From: Gekko japonicus | Lineage: Eukaryota | Direction: 5' to 3' | Assembly (NCBI RefSeq): GCF_001447785.1 | Contig: NW_015166542.1 | Coordinates: 23,267 to 87,266 of the forward strand | DNA: 64,000 bases | Part shown: piece by piece, positions 47,331 through 59,000 of the stretch | Numbering within the stretch: the stretch's first letter is position 1 | Layout: each line of letters begins with the position of its first letter | Program-made: the position numbers and the translations under genes | The notes under the pieces: model-generated | Databases searched by the model: none | What the model was told of the DNA's origin: nothing | The model's input: the letters and a program-made list of their open reading frames with translations, nothing else

Positions 47331-49226
47331 CATGACTATCGTCATGCTCCTGTAGGGGGTCAGCTCCTTCTTTTCCATCAGGCCTGGGCCGACTCAGCGG
47401 CAGACGCGTGGTCGCAGGAAATCACGCACAAAGGGTACTCCATAGAGTTTCTCGTCAGGCCCCCGGATCGCCTTCTTATCTCTCCACAAATAAAAGACGA
47501 TGCCAAATTATCAAGAACTCTAGAGGCCATACATCACTTGCTCAACATTCAAGCAATCGAACCTGTACCTGCAGAAGAGCGGGGTCACGGAGTCTACTCC
47601 ATCTTCTTCACAGTACCCAAAAGAAATGGCAGTTGGAGGGCGATCCTAGATTTAAAATTCCTAAACAGACATGTGTGGCTGAAACGCTTTCGAATGGAGA
47701 CCCTTCAATCCATAACAGAATCACTCCACCCAGAAGAATTCATGACATCCATCGACCTTACCGAAGCGTATTTACATGTACCAATTTTCAAGGGTCACAG
47801 ACGTTTCCTGCAATTTTGTGTCCAGAGTCAGCACTGGCAATTCAGAGCTCTCCCCTTCGGGTTATCAACGGCCCCGAGAGTCTTCTCCAAAATGCTGATC
47901 CATCCTATCGTTCGTCTGAGGGAGAAGGGAATACACGTCCATCCGTACCTGGACGACCTCTTGATCCGTTCTCCTTCCCACGCCAAATTGATAGTAGACA
48001 CCGAAACAACGATCCACTGTTTACAAGCCCACGGTTTCCTGGTAAACCTACAGAAGAGCTGCTTAATCCCATCCCAGTCGATAGAACACCTGGGAGGCAT
48101 CCTGGACACCTCACGCAACTCGGTATTCCTGCCGACCCAAGGTGGAGAAAATCAGAAATCTCTGCAAACAGATTCTCAAAAGCAGACTATCTACTCTAAT
48201 GACCCTAGCAAAGCTGATGGGTCTATTCATTTCTTGTATAGACACTGTCCAGTGGGCTCGTCTTCATGCACGGCTGCTTCAACAGTTCCTGAGACCATTT
48301 CAACTCAGAATTATGAATCGCCACGACATTTCCCTATCATTACCATCGAAGGTGAAACACAGTCTCTTATGGTGGACCAATATTCGCCACCTTCTCCGAG
48401 GACGTGTCTTCTACGTGACAGAATGGGAACAAATTTACACAGACGCCAGCCTCCAAGGTTGGGGTGCAGTTTACCACAATCAACCTACCCAGGGCACATG
48501 GTCCATGGAGGAGAGCAGATTGCCGATAAACGTCCTAGAACTGAGAGCAATCAGACTGGCCCTGTTACATTTTCAAGCCCAGCTAAAAGATCACCACGTC
48601 CTGATCAGGACCGACAACATTGCAGCCAAATCTCACATAAATCATCAGGGAGGCTCATGATCACCTCGTCTACGACAGGAGGCAGCCTTTTTCTCTGGGC
48701 GGAGTCCAATCTAGCTTCCATCCGAGCAGATCACATAAAGGGAACCCTGAACTCTCAGGCAGACTGGCTCAGCCGGTTCCATCTTCAAGAAGCAGAGTGG
48801 TCACTAAAAAGGGATCTGTTCCTCCTCATAGTGAACTCATTCGGAAAGCCAGACGTAGATCTATTCGCCTCGACACGCAACTTCCAGCTACCACGATTTT
48901 TCACCAGGTTCCACCATCCCATGGCAGAGGGAACGGACACGCTAACATCCAGTTGGCCCCCGGGATTGATGTTTGCCTACCCTCCAACTCCAATCATTCC
49001 CAGGTTACTGAGAAAGATATGGGAACACAGAGCGGAAATCATCTTAGTGGCTCCTCACTGGCCCAGGAGACCGTGGTTCTCAGAAATTCAAGTCCTAGCG
49101 GTCCTGCCTCCCCTCAGACTCCCTGTATCTCCGGACATGCTTTCTCAGGGTCCGATCTGGCACCTGGATCCCGAATGGCTTCAATTGACCGCGTGGAGAT
49201 TAAGAGGGGTAAACTTCTCCAACTAG
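47331..49226 (+). pseudogene. DIRS RT - RNase H - methyltransferase-like ORF, disrupted
   Basis: PVGGQL..., LPFGLSTAPRVFSK, HPYLDDLLI; RNase H (YTDASLQGWGA, INVLELRAI, RTDN) in a shifted frame ending TGA 48660; DVDLFAS...FAYPP MTase-like motif. Confidence 0.88.
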
Positions 49227-50237
49227 GTAATCCAGAGAAGGTGACTGACACTATTTTGGCATCCAGAAAACAGTCCACCTGCAGGATATATAACACCACT
49301 TGGAAGGCTCTCGTCCTATTCCTTGGAAGTCCATTGATCCTATTCAGCCTCTCTTCAAGGACGTCCTATCCTTCCTGCAGGATGGCCACGACTCCGGACT
49401 GAAATCATCGACTTTTAGAAGACAAGTAGCGTCACTTTCTACAGTGTTACCTCCGGTTAAAGGTTGGTCTATCTCAAGACATCCACATGTCAAAAGATTT
49501 TTGCGGGGAGCATCACTTCAAGATCCTCCAGTGTCTCACAGGTTTCCCTCCTGGAGATTGAATGTGGTCCTTAATGCTCTGACCAAGCCTCCCTTCGAAC
49601 CACTCAAAGAAATTCCCTTGCGATGGCTTAGAATGAAGACTCTCTTTGTAATAACCGTCACGTCGGCACGCAGAGTTTCAGAACTAGGAGCACTGTCTGC
49701 GGACCCTTGTTTATGTGTCTTCCATAAGGACAAAGTGGTTCTGACCCCAGATCCCACCTTCCGACCAAAGGTTAATTCCAAATTCCATCGATCTCAGGAA
49801 ATCTGTCTTCCGTCCTTTTGCCCAAAGCCTACTCATCCACAGGAAAGGATCTGGCACACCTTAGACGTCCATAGGGTGCTGAAAGTTTTCCTGCATCGCA
49901 CCAGAGCCTTCCGGAAGTCTGAATCCCTGTTTATTTCTATTTCACCTCCTAACAAGGGAGGCAAGATGTCTACGTCGTCCATCAGCGTCACACTTAAAGA
50001 CTGAATCGTGGAAGCATATAGGGCACAAAAAATGGTGCCTCCTTCAGACATTACAGCTCACTCCGTTAGAAGCGTGGCAACTCAGTAGAAGAAATTTGCA
50101 AAGCCGCCACGTGGTCCTCATTGTCTACTTTTATTCGTCATTACAAGATAAACGTCTTCGACTCAGCGGATGCTGCGTTCGGCCGAAGAGTACTACAGGA
50201 AATTTTGACACACAAAGACGATGACCCTCCCAAATAA
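49190..50237 (+). pseudogene. DIRS tyrosine recombinase ORF, disrupted
   Basis: TSARRVSEL, AHSVRS, ICKAATWSSLSTFIRHY motifs; frameshift ~49310, stop 50004, small deletion ~50085. Confidence 0.88.
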
Positions 50238-51509
50238 ACTGGACACTGCTATAGGAGGTCCCAACAAGATGTCCTTCGCTCAGTGGGAGAACGGACAATT
50301 GGTACTTACCGTGAAGGTAACTCCACTGAGTTAAGGAGGACATCTTGGGCCCTCCCTTCTCATCGTCTCATTGCTACTCTACTATAACTCTTTTTATTCT
50401 ATTTTTGGCTTGAGGTAGCTCTTCCTGTCCGCACCTATCCTTATCTGTTGTTAACTGTTGACCTTCTGGATCTTGCTGTTACCCCGAGTTAATATAGTTA
50501 ATAATATTACTGGTTCTAGTATGTTTTTCAAGGTTACTGCTTGTTGGGAGTCCCGAAACTGGAACTAAGGAGCAAGGCCACCTAGAGGGCAGGAAGTGAA
50601 GTTTGGTTCCTGCCTCCCTAAGGAAGGGGTTGGAAACACCCAACAAGATGTCCTCCTTAACTCAGTGGAGAAGGACCCTTCACGGTAAGTACCAATTGTC
50701 CGTTCTTTTAATTCTGTAAACTGCCTTGAGTCTCAGGGAGAAAGAAAGAAATGAAGTAAAAAACAGGCTGGACTCTAATCTGGGAGAACCTGGTTCGAGT
50801 CCGCACTCCTCCACTTGCAGCTGCTGGATAACCCTGGGCAAGCCGTAGTTCTCTCAGAGCTGTTCGCTTCAGCGAAAAGCAGGCCTGGAAGGCTTAGAGT
50901 TCAAATTTAGACTGGGTTGGATGAGGAGGCAAAGGCAGACGCCGCTGGCAGGTGGGCACACTTTGGTGAGCAGCCCAATCCTGGCGCATGGTGCCCCATA
51001 AATCAGTGGGACTTTCTCTGAAGGCCTTAACTTGGAGGTGGCATTAAACCATGCACCCTTGAAGCTGCCTAACACTGGAGTAGGCCATAAGTCCGCCAAG
51101 GTCAGCATTGTCTACTCAGACTGGCAGCGGCTCTCCGGGGTCTCAGGCGGAGGTCCTTTCCCATCGCTGCATGAGACTCACGAAAGCTCCTCCCCTGCCG
51201 CATATTTGGTTAGTCTTTAAGGTGCTCCTGGACTCTTGCTCTTTTCTACTGCCTGGCTGAGGCCTTTCACATCCTTTATTAGCTGTTCCTTCCAACTGAA
51301 AACGCTGCCAAGAACTGGACCTTCTGCATGCCAAGCAGATGCTCCACCAGCCAGCCCCTGGCCTCTCCCAAAGTACACACGCGAAGCGGCCTGACACGGA
51401 ATCAGAGGCCCCTTGGTCCATCGAGGTCAGGATTGCCCACTCAGACTGGCAGCCGCTCTCCAGGGTCTCGGGCTGAGGTCTTTCCCCGTCATTTATTAGC
51501 CCCTTCCCC

Positions 51510-52350
51510 GCACCGGCGGCCACGGGGCTTCTCCCTCCTCCTCGGCGCGGGCAGGCGGGGGAGGAATAGCGGGGGCGCCTCCCACGCCCACCCCCCCCCG
51601 GGACCCCGAGCCGCGCAACGGGCCGTCCGTCCGCGGCCGCTCCGGGCTCCGCCGGCCAGATCNNNNNNNNNNNNNNNNNNNNNNNNNNNNNNNNNNNNNN
51701 NNNNNNNNNNNNNNNNNNNNNNNNNNNNNNNNNNNNNNNNNNNNNNNNNNNNNNNNNNNNNNNNNNNNNNNNNNNNNNNNNNNNNNNNNNNNNNNNNNNN
51801 NNNNNNNNNNNNNNNNNNNNNNNNNNNNNNNNNNNNNNNNNNNNNNNNNNNNNNNNNNNNNNNNNNNNNNNNNNNNNNNNNNNNNNNNNNNGGCCTGGGC
51901 AAGCGGCCCCGCGCCGCCGCCCGCCCGCGCACTTTGCTAGCCGCCGCCGGGGAAAGTTGGGCGGCCCTTCCCGGGGGCGGGTAGACCCGAATACTGGGCG
52001 GAGGGGGTTGGGGCGCCCAAGCTGGGTACTCCCCGGGCCCGGGCACGCCCTGCCCTCCTTCCCCAAGAGGCGAGCCAAGTGGCACGCAGGTAGGCGGAGG
52101 AGAGGCTGCCCGCTTGGGAAAGAGGCGACTTTGGAGGGCACCGGGCGACCTGAGTGCCCGGCCCAGAGTCCCCTTCCCGCGGCCACAGGTGAGCGGTGGG
52201 AGGGCTGTGAAGGGGGCCCGGGGAGAGGGGGTCGGAGAGGGCGCTCCAGGGCCAGCGGCAGGAGGCAAGGTCAAGGGAGGCCCTCCGTCTCTGGGCCCTG
52301 GCTCCGGCCACCCTGGGCTGCCCTTCGGTTGTCCCGGAAGGCTTCCGCTG
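51510..52350 (+). promoter_or_regulatory. SNX21 CpG-island promoter / probable non-coding first exon (candidate donor cag|gtgagc at 52189); contains N-gap 51663-51891
   Basis: Very high CpG and GC boxes upstream of the SNX21 acceptor at 53336. Confidence 0.6.
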
Positions 52351-52369
52351 GAGGGGGGGGGGTGCTCTC

Positions 52370-52576
52370 GAATGCTCCCTCTCAGTAGTGGAGTCTGGTG
52401 AGCAAAAATGCAATTTTGTGAGCCCCTGGCATTGAAGTGGTGAGCGAGCGGCTTGACTACTGCATAAATTAGCTTGCTCCGGAGCCCTCCTTCCTGAGCT
52501 AAGACAGAAATGTGTGAGCCGGAGGCTAAAAGAACTGTGAGCCGGCTCACACAAACTCAGCTTGGAGGAAACACTG
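52370..52576. mobile_element. Family-A hAT MITE with perfect 8-bp TSD; another copy at 52850-53057
   Basis: gtgctctc on both sides (52362-52369, 52577-52584). Confidence 0.9.
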
Positions 52577-53359
52577 GTGCTCTCCCCCCTGCACCTCCAG
52601 CCCGTTCCCCTCCAACGAATGGCCTGAGGTCTCCTGCCGGGGGACCTTGAACCAAACAAGGGCATTTTTAAAACCTTCACTGCCTGTTGGTTTTTCAGGC
52701 ATTCTTTGGAGGGCCTCGCCCCCTCCTCGGGCGGCCACAAGATCCTCTTTCACACCGGACCTGCGGGGAGAACCAAGCCGGGGCTCCGGGAAGCAGCTCA
52801 GCTATGGGATGTGGGGTGGGGGGAGATACTCAAAGGGCCTGCAGGCAAGCAATGCTCCCTCTAAGCTGTGGAGTCCTGTGAGCAAAAATTCTACTTTGTG
52901 AGCTGCTGGCATTAAAGTGGTGAGCGAGCGATTGGGCTGCTGCATCAATTAGTGTGCTCTGGAGCCCCATCATTCCTGAGCTAAGACAAAAATGTGTGAG
53001 CTGGAGGCTAAAAGACTGTGAGCTGGCTCACACTGACTCAGCTTAGAGGGAACACTGCTCCCAAGCCACACTGAGAGTAGACAGACCGATCCAGTTCACA
53101 TGAACACGTGAAGCTGCCGCAATACTGTATCAGACACACACACACACCCCGGTCCATGAAAGTCCATATTGGTCTACTCAGACTGGCAGCGGCTCTCCAG
53201 TGTCTCAGGCGGGGGTCTTTCGCCTCCCCTCCTGCAACTGGAGATGCTGAACCGGGGAGCTTCCGCGTGCCGAGCAGCGGCTCTGCCCCTGAGCCAGGGC
53301 CTCTCGAGGTCCGTTGTGACCGGCTCTCCCTTGCAGGGTCCCCCGGCTGCCACGGCACC

Positions 53360-55350
53360 ATGGCCTCACGCATCCTGCACCGCCTGCGGCACGCGCTGAC
53401 TGGGGAAGGGGAGCAGGAGGGGCTGCCGGCCTGCGGCTTGGAAGCCGAAGAGTTTCCGGAGAGCTCCGAGCTGGAGGACGACACAGAGGGCCTCTCCACG
53501 CGCCTCAGCGGGACGCTGAGCTTCACCAGCAACTATGAGGAGGAGGACGAAGCGGAGGAGGAAGCCGCCCCCGGTGGGATTAGACCGGGCCCGGGAGACA
53601 CCCAGGATTCAGAGCTGCTGGGGGTGGCCCCGGAGGATGGAGGTAGGGGTCTGGAGCAGGAAGGGGGGCACGACCCCACCAACAGGGGCCGGTCTTTAGC
53701 CCCCTGGCAACAGCTGGCATCAGAAACTAGCCGAGGTGGCCGCCTGCGGACCCTTGACTGCAGAGGATGCCTCCAGTTGGCAATATCGGGGTGAGGGTGG
53801 GGTGTTCCCATCAAGCAGAAGTGGCCTTCCCGGGTGGGGGTGGGTAGCACCCAAGCCACCGCCATGCATTCCAGGCCAGGAGGAAGGCCCCACGGAGTCT
53901 TTGTCTATTGTAGGTATGCAGGGCTGTCTTTCAGTTATGCTCCTGCAGAGTGTCGGGGGTTGGACTAGATGACCGGCAAGGTCCCTTCCGACTCTTAACA
54001 TTCTATGATTCTTTGCTCCCTCTCTTGTCGTCGTCGTCCCCCTTTGGCGCAGAGCACAGCCCCCCCTTGGCCGAGCGCCAGGGCAGCAACATGCTCACCC
54101 GGCAGCTGCAAGAGCTCTGGCGGAAGTCGCGGGGCAGCCTCATGCCCCAGCGCCTCCTCTTCGAGGTGACCAGCGCCAACGTGGTCAACGAGCGCAGCTC
54201 CAAGTACGTGGTGAGTGAGGAGGCGGGAGGCCCCCGGTCTGTGGGGGGGGGGACGGTTCGGTGCTCCCTCGAGCCCCGCCCCGCCCCCTGCTCTGGGAAG
54301 GAATCCGGAGACCCTCCTCTCCGGCGTAGCTCAGGGCTGCTGCAGCGGGGAGAGGAGAAGGGCCTGCCGGGACGGGGCCTCCCTTGCTGCCCTCCACCAG
54401 GCTCTCGTGGGGGCCTCTTTGCCTTCTGGGGAGGGGGGAGCTGGCGGGTCCTGGCCCACCTGATTCTTGTCTTCCTTCCTCCCTGCTGCGGCTGGCGCAC
54501 GGCCGGCTCAGAAGAGCCTCAGGTAATTCGCGTCAGAGGCTGCTTCTGCTTCCCCCGCCTTAGGGGCATGCATGCGGGTGTGGTCCGGGGGAGAGGGGGG
54601 ATGTTCTGTCCCGCTAGAGGGATCGGGTGGCTCCTGGGTGCCGCCACCCCCCCCTCACCTCTCCTGTCCCGCCCGCAGCTCTACACCGTCTACCTGATCC
54701 GGGCGGGGCAGTTTGACAAGGCCCCCGCCACCATCACCCGGCGCTACTCGGACTTTGAGCAGCTGAACCGGCACCTGCGCCGCCGCTTCAGCGGCGACAT
54801 GGCCGGCGTCTCCTTCCCGCGGAAGCGGCTGCGGCGCAACTTTACCGCCGAGACGATCGCCAAGCGCAGCCGGGCCTTCGAGCAGTTCCTCTCCCACCTG
54901 CACTCCCTGCCCGAGATCCGCCACTCCGCCGAGTTCCAGCAGTTCTTCTTCTTGAGCGACCTGCGGGCAGCACAGCGCCTGACATGCACGGGCCTGTACT
55001 GCGAGGCGCTGGCGGCGTGGACCAACGCCCACCGGCTGCAGGACAAGCTGGGCGCGTGCCGCACGGGCCACTTCTTGCTGACCCTGGCAGGGCTGGCCGT
55101 CTGCCACCAGGAGCTGGAGCAGCTGGCCGAGGCCCACGCTGCCAGCGAGCAGGCCCTGCAGCTCCTGGAGGCCCAGAACAGCCACCCGCTGCTGGCCCCC
55201 TTCCTGCAGGCCCACGTCCACCTGACCTGGATGCTGGGTCAGGACAAGCGGCAGGCGGAAGCCCGCCTCCAAAGCCTGCAGGACGCCGGCCTGGCCGGGC
55301 CACAGCCCCCGACCCTGAAGGAGCTCCTCGTCAAGCAGCCGCTGCCCTGA
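53360..55350 (+). CDS. SNX21: Sorting nexin 21 (PX-PXB); exons 53360-53642, 54053-54210, 54679-55350
   Basis: MASRILHRLRHAL...FPESSELEDD..GLSTRLSGTLSFTS / RLLFEVTSANVV...SKYV / LYT...RRYSDFEQL...FPRKRLRRNFTAETIAKRSRAFEQFL; phases consistent; synteny. Confidence 0.95.
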
Positions 55351-55901
55351 GTCTGCGGGAGGACGTGCGGGAGGACCGTCTGGCTGGCACTGCCAGGGAC
55401 AGGAGTCGGACTGCTCCCCCGGCCTAGCTCGCTGGTCGCCATCTCTGCCGGGGGAGGAAGGGGTGCAGGAGATTTGACCCGGGGTTCTTAATAGTACTTG
55501 AATGCTTGAGGGGGACAAGGGACAACCGTCTGCCTCACAGGATGACACTAACCCCTGCCCCGCACAGGCAGGAAAGCCACAGGGCAGGTAGGGAACCCGT
55601 CAGCTAGCAGAGGCGGCTTCTTCCAGCCCCCACTGCTGCTGCTGCTTTGGGAGGGAAGTCCCATGGAGGTGCTGCTGCCACTGCTGGGAAAATGACAAAG
55701 GGAACCTGGGGGAGGGGTGCTGCCATGGAACTTCCTTCCCCTTGGCGGCATGAGCCCCCCGGCAGTGGCGTGGTCTCTCCAGCAACAAGGGGGAAGTTGT
55801 CGCACTGTTGCCACAGCATCCCCCCCCCCCAATAACGGTGCAATAAGAAAGGGCCCCTCCTTGTCACAGGAGACCAGAGCCTCACGGGAAGCCTCAGTCA
55901 C

Positions 55902-55945
55902 TTTATTAGCCATAGGAAGAGTCTGCAATTAACAAGCCCAATAAA
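55902..55945. terminator. Crossed polyadenylation signals of ACOT8 (minus, 55902-55907) and SNX21 (plus, 55940-55945)
   Basis: tttatt then aataaa, 38 bp apart, between convergent stops. Confidence 0.65.
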
Positions 55946-56095
55946 ATAAGTGCTACCGACCCTGGTTTGTGTGTGGATTTCTTTGCACCTGCCCTGTTCC
56001 GTCCCCTCCCCGCCCCAACCCTGCCAGCTGCCTCCATAGGTGAGCCATTAAGTCCAGGAGGACCCAGCAGAAGCTGGGGGGGGGGGAGGCATTTG

Positions 56096-59000
56096 CTAGA
56101 GTTTGCTCTCGGTGGGAGGCGCCTGCACTCTGATGACTCCTTCCTGGGCGCAGCTGACTGCCAGCACGCCATCCCTGCGCCACAGCCGTCCGTGCACCAG
56201 CCCTCGGCAGCCGCCTGCGAGTGAGAGAGAGAAGGGGGTGGGGGTGACTGCAGCAGCTGTAGACCCAAGTACTGCCTGAGCCCCGTCCCATCCCCGTGCA
56301 CAGGCAGCACCTACCGGCCCAGGGGCTCTCGCATTCGTACAGCATCCAGTGGTCAGCTCGGAAGGGGGCATGGAACCACATGGAGTGATCCAGCGAGACC
56401 ATGAATCGGACGCGGTGGCGGTGAGGTAGCAAGGCTGTGCCCAGGAATGCGTAGTCGGAGATGTAGGCGGCCACGCAGCAGTGCAGCTTCATGTCACAGT
56501 CGCCTGTAAGCCAAATAGGGACCCCAAGCGTATGTGATATACAGAAATACAAACTGCAAGGGTAAACCATCAAAAAATTCACAAATTTCACAAGTTACCA
56601 GTAGACATGAGTCTACTGCAACATAGTTATAGTAAGTCAATTGATAAAGTAGAATTGGTGGTCACAATTCAAAAGCACAAGTTGCCATACAAACATTTAA
56701 CAAGAGAAGGTATGACAATTCAATGGTAGGGGAAAAAAATCCAACAGTAGACGACTCTATATCCTTTCAGTATAATAGTGTCCAAAAGACCTCAAAGTCC
56801 ACACAAACAAGGCAGAGGATGTCCCATTGCACAAAGAAACTTCTGCAGCCAAAAACGTCCTTCCTAGGTATGCCAGACGTTTCAAAGCATTCTCCCTCAG
56901 TTATACGGCTGAAAAATGGAACCTGATTCCATAATAATCTAGGCACAGCTCATGTCTCAAACGGATAATTATGTTGCAATAGATTGATGTCTACTGGTAA
57001 CTTGTGAAATGTGTACATTTTTTGATGGTCTACCCTTGCGGTTTGTATTTCTGTGCAGTCGTCTGTAAGGCACAGGTTCCCCCCTCAGAGCCCAGCCCTA
57101 TTTTTCTCGGAAGAAGGCCAAAGGACACCTGGGGCATGAAGTGGTGTCTTGCCAGCACCAGCTGGTCTGCGAAGCAACATTATGCCATGCCTGAGCCAGC
57201 TGCTGGCATCCCAGTCCAAACAGGCAGAAAGGTGCAAACGACCCATAAGGCAAGTTTCAAGCCCTCACAGCTGTGGAGGTACAGCTTAAGCCACTGGGGA
57301 CACAGCCGTGCCAGTCTTTTGCAACAAAAACCAGACTGGAGGAAGTGATCTCTACACAAGCTTAGGCAGGCACCAAAACCTGGTCACAAGGCTACATCTC
57401 CAGTTGCAGAGTTGAAGCCAGCATTTCTCCCTCCGGCCCTCAATCAGCGTGGTGTAGTGGTTAAGAGCAGTGGACTCTAATCTGGAGAACCAGGTTGGAT
57501 TCCTCACTCCTCCTCCACATAAAACCTGTTGAGTGACTTTGGGCCAGTCCCAATTCTCTCCAAACTCAGCCCCACCCACCTCACAGGAGGGAGAGGAAGG
57601 GAAGGCAATCGTAAACTGCTTTGAGACTCCTTTGGGTAGAGAAACGTGGGGTATAAAAACCAACTCTTCTTCAATCAGGAAATTCAAGCAAAGTGTACAG
57701 GAGCATGGTGTTTCGTAGCCCCAAAGTCTGCTGTGGGGCAGATCCTGAGGGTGCCAACACACAGGGCTTCTTACCAATGTGGCCTCGGGCCCGGACCCAA
57801 AAAAGCTGCTTGGGCTCCTGGGGGTTCTGGTGGAACAGGTCAGGCGGGTTGACCGGCTTCATCTCAATGGGGACCTCTTGCGCCAGCATCTTGTTGAGTC
57901 CCCGTCGGTACTTCTCCATGAGGTTTGGGTCCCTTTGAAAAGGAAGAGGCCAGGCTGGGAAGAGACGTGTGAGCAGAACCCGGGCTCCACCCAGCGGGGG
58001 AGACTGGAGCACCAGCCGGACCTCAAGAGCTGCCGACGCTGTTTCCCTGCCTAAACTCCATATACAAACTGGGCCTAGCAGGAGCTAACACGGTTCAAAG
58101 ATTGTGGTGGCTCCAAGCATCTTGTATTGTGCAAGACAGAAGGAACACGGACCCAGGGCAAACCCAAGGTGAGTTTTTAACAGGATGCAAAGTACAAAGC
58201 AAAGCCTGGTTGTCCGACCAAAGGTTCTTGCCATGATACAGAATGTCAGAGAAGCCGAAACAGGCCTGGGCCACCCGGTGGCATGAGAGCCAACTGCACC
58301 GGAGCAGCCTGGCATCTTTGGCTGATCCTGCTCATGCCATGGTGTACCCCCTCCCTGCTATACTCACTGCAGGTACTGCTGGATGAGTTCCTCCTGGGTC
58401 TGCAGCTCCTCTGGGAGGGGCACGTCAGGCATGTGGAACTGGTGCTGCACGGGGCTGGCTTGAACCTCTTGGAAGGAGGCCTGGCAGATGAAGATGGCCT
58501 TCCCATGCTGGATGGCCTTGACTGAGCGCACGGAGAAGCTGCGGCCTGTGCGGGTGCGCTCGACCTGATAGAGGACCGGCACTGACGGGTCCCCTGTGAG
58601 CAGAGGGTGCTGCTGTTAGTGCCAGCTAAGCTGATAACACCAGCACTGAGAAGCAGGCTAGAGCAGTCCAGCTGGACCGTCACCACAGCCTGACTAGTCC
58701 AGCGCCAGTCAGATGCTGCAGGAAAGCCCTTGCTGGCATCTGGAGGCGCCATTTCTGTGATCAGATCCAATAAGAACTGATCACACACACACACACAGAC
58801 CCTTTTAATCTGGCTGAGGGCCATTGCACCATATGTCCAGGCAGTGAGTACCAAAAATGAGCCACTCCTGGTAGGAAGCCGCCCACCCTTTTGTCTCTTT
58901 CAAAACTGCTACTACTAAACAGTTCAATAAAATTCCAGGGTTAGGGTTGCCAACCTCCAAGTGGCGACGGGAGAACTCCTGGGATTGCAACTGATCAGTT

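Larger units (their letters stand above)
45293..50704 (+). mobile_element. Near full-length DIRS1-type tyrosine-recombinase retrotransposon
   Basis: Inverted terminal repeats (~45293-45403 vs ~50554-50675), internal complementary region ~50259-50348, and ORFs for gag, RT (YLDD), RNase H, MTase-like and YR domains. Confidence 0.95.

Noticed and set aside
54655-55548. 297-aa antisense ORF over SNX21
   Set aside because: Shadow ORF expected from high-GC3 codon usage
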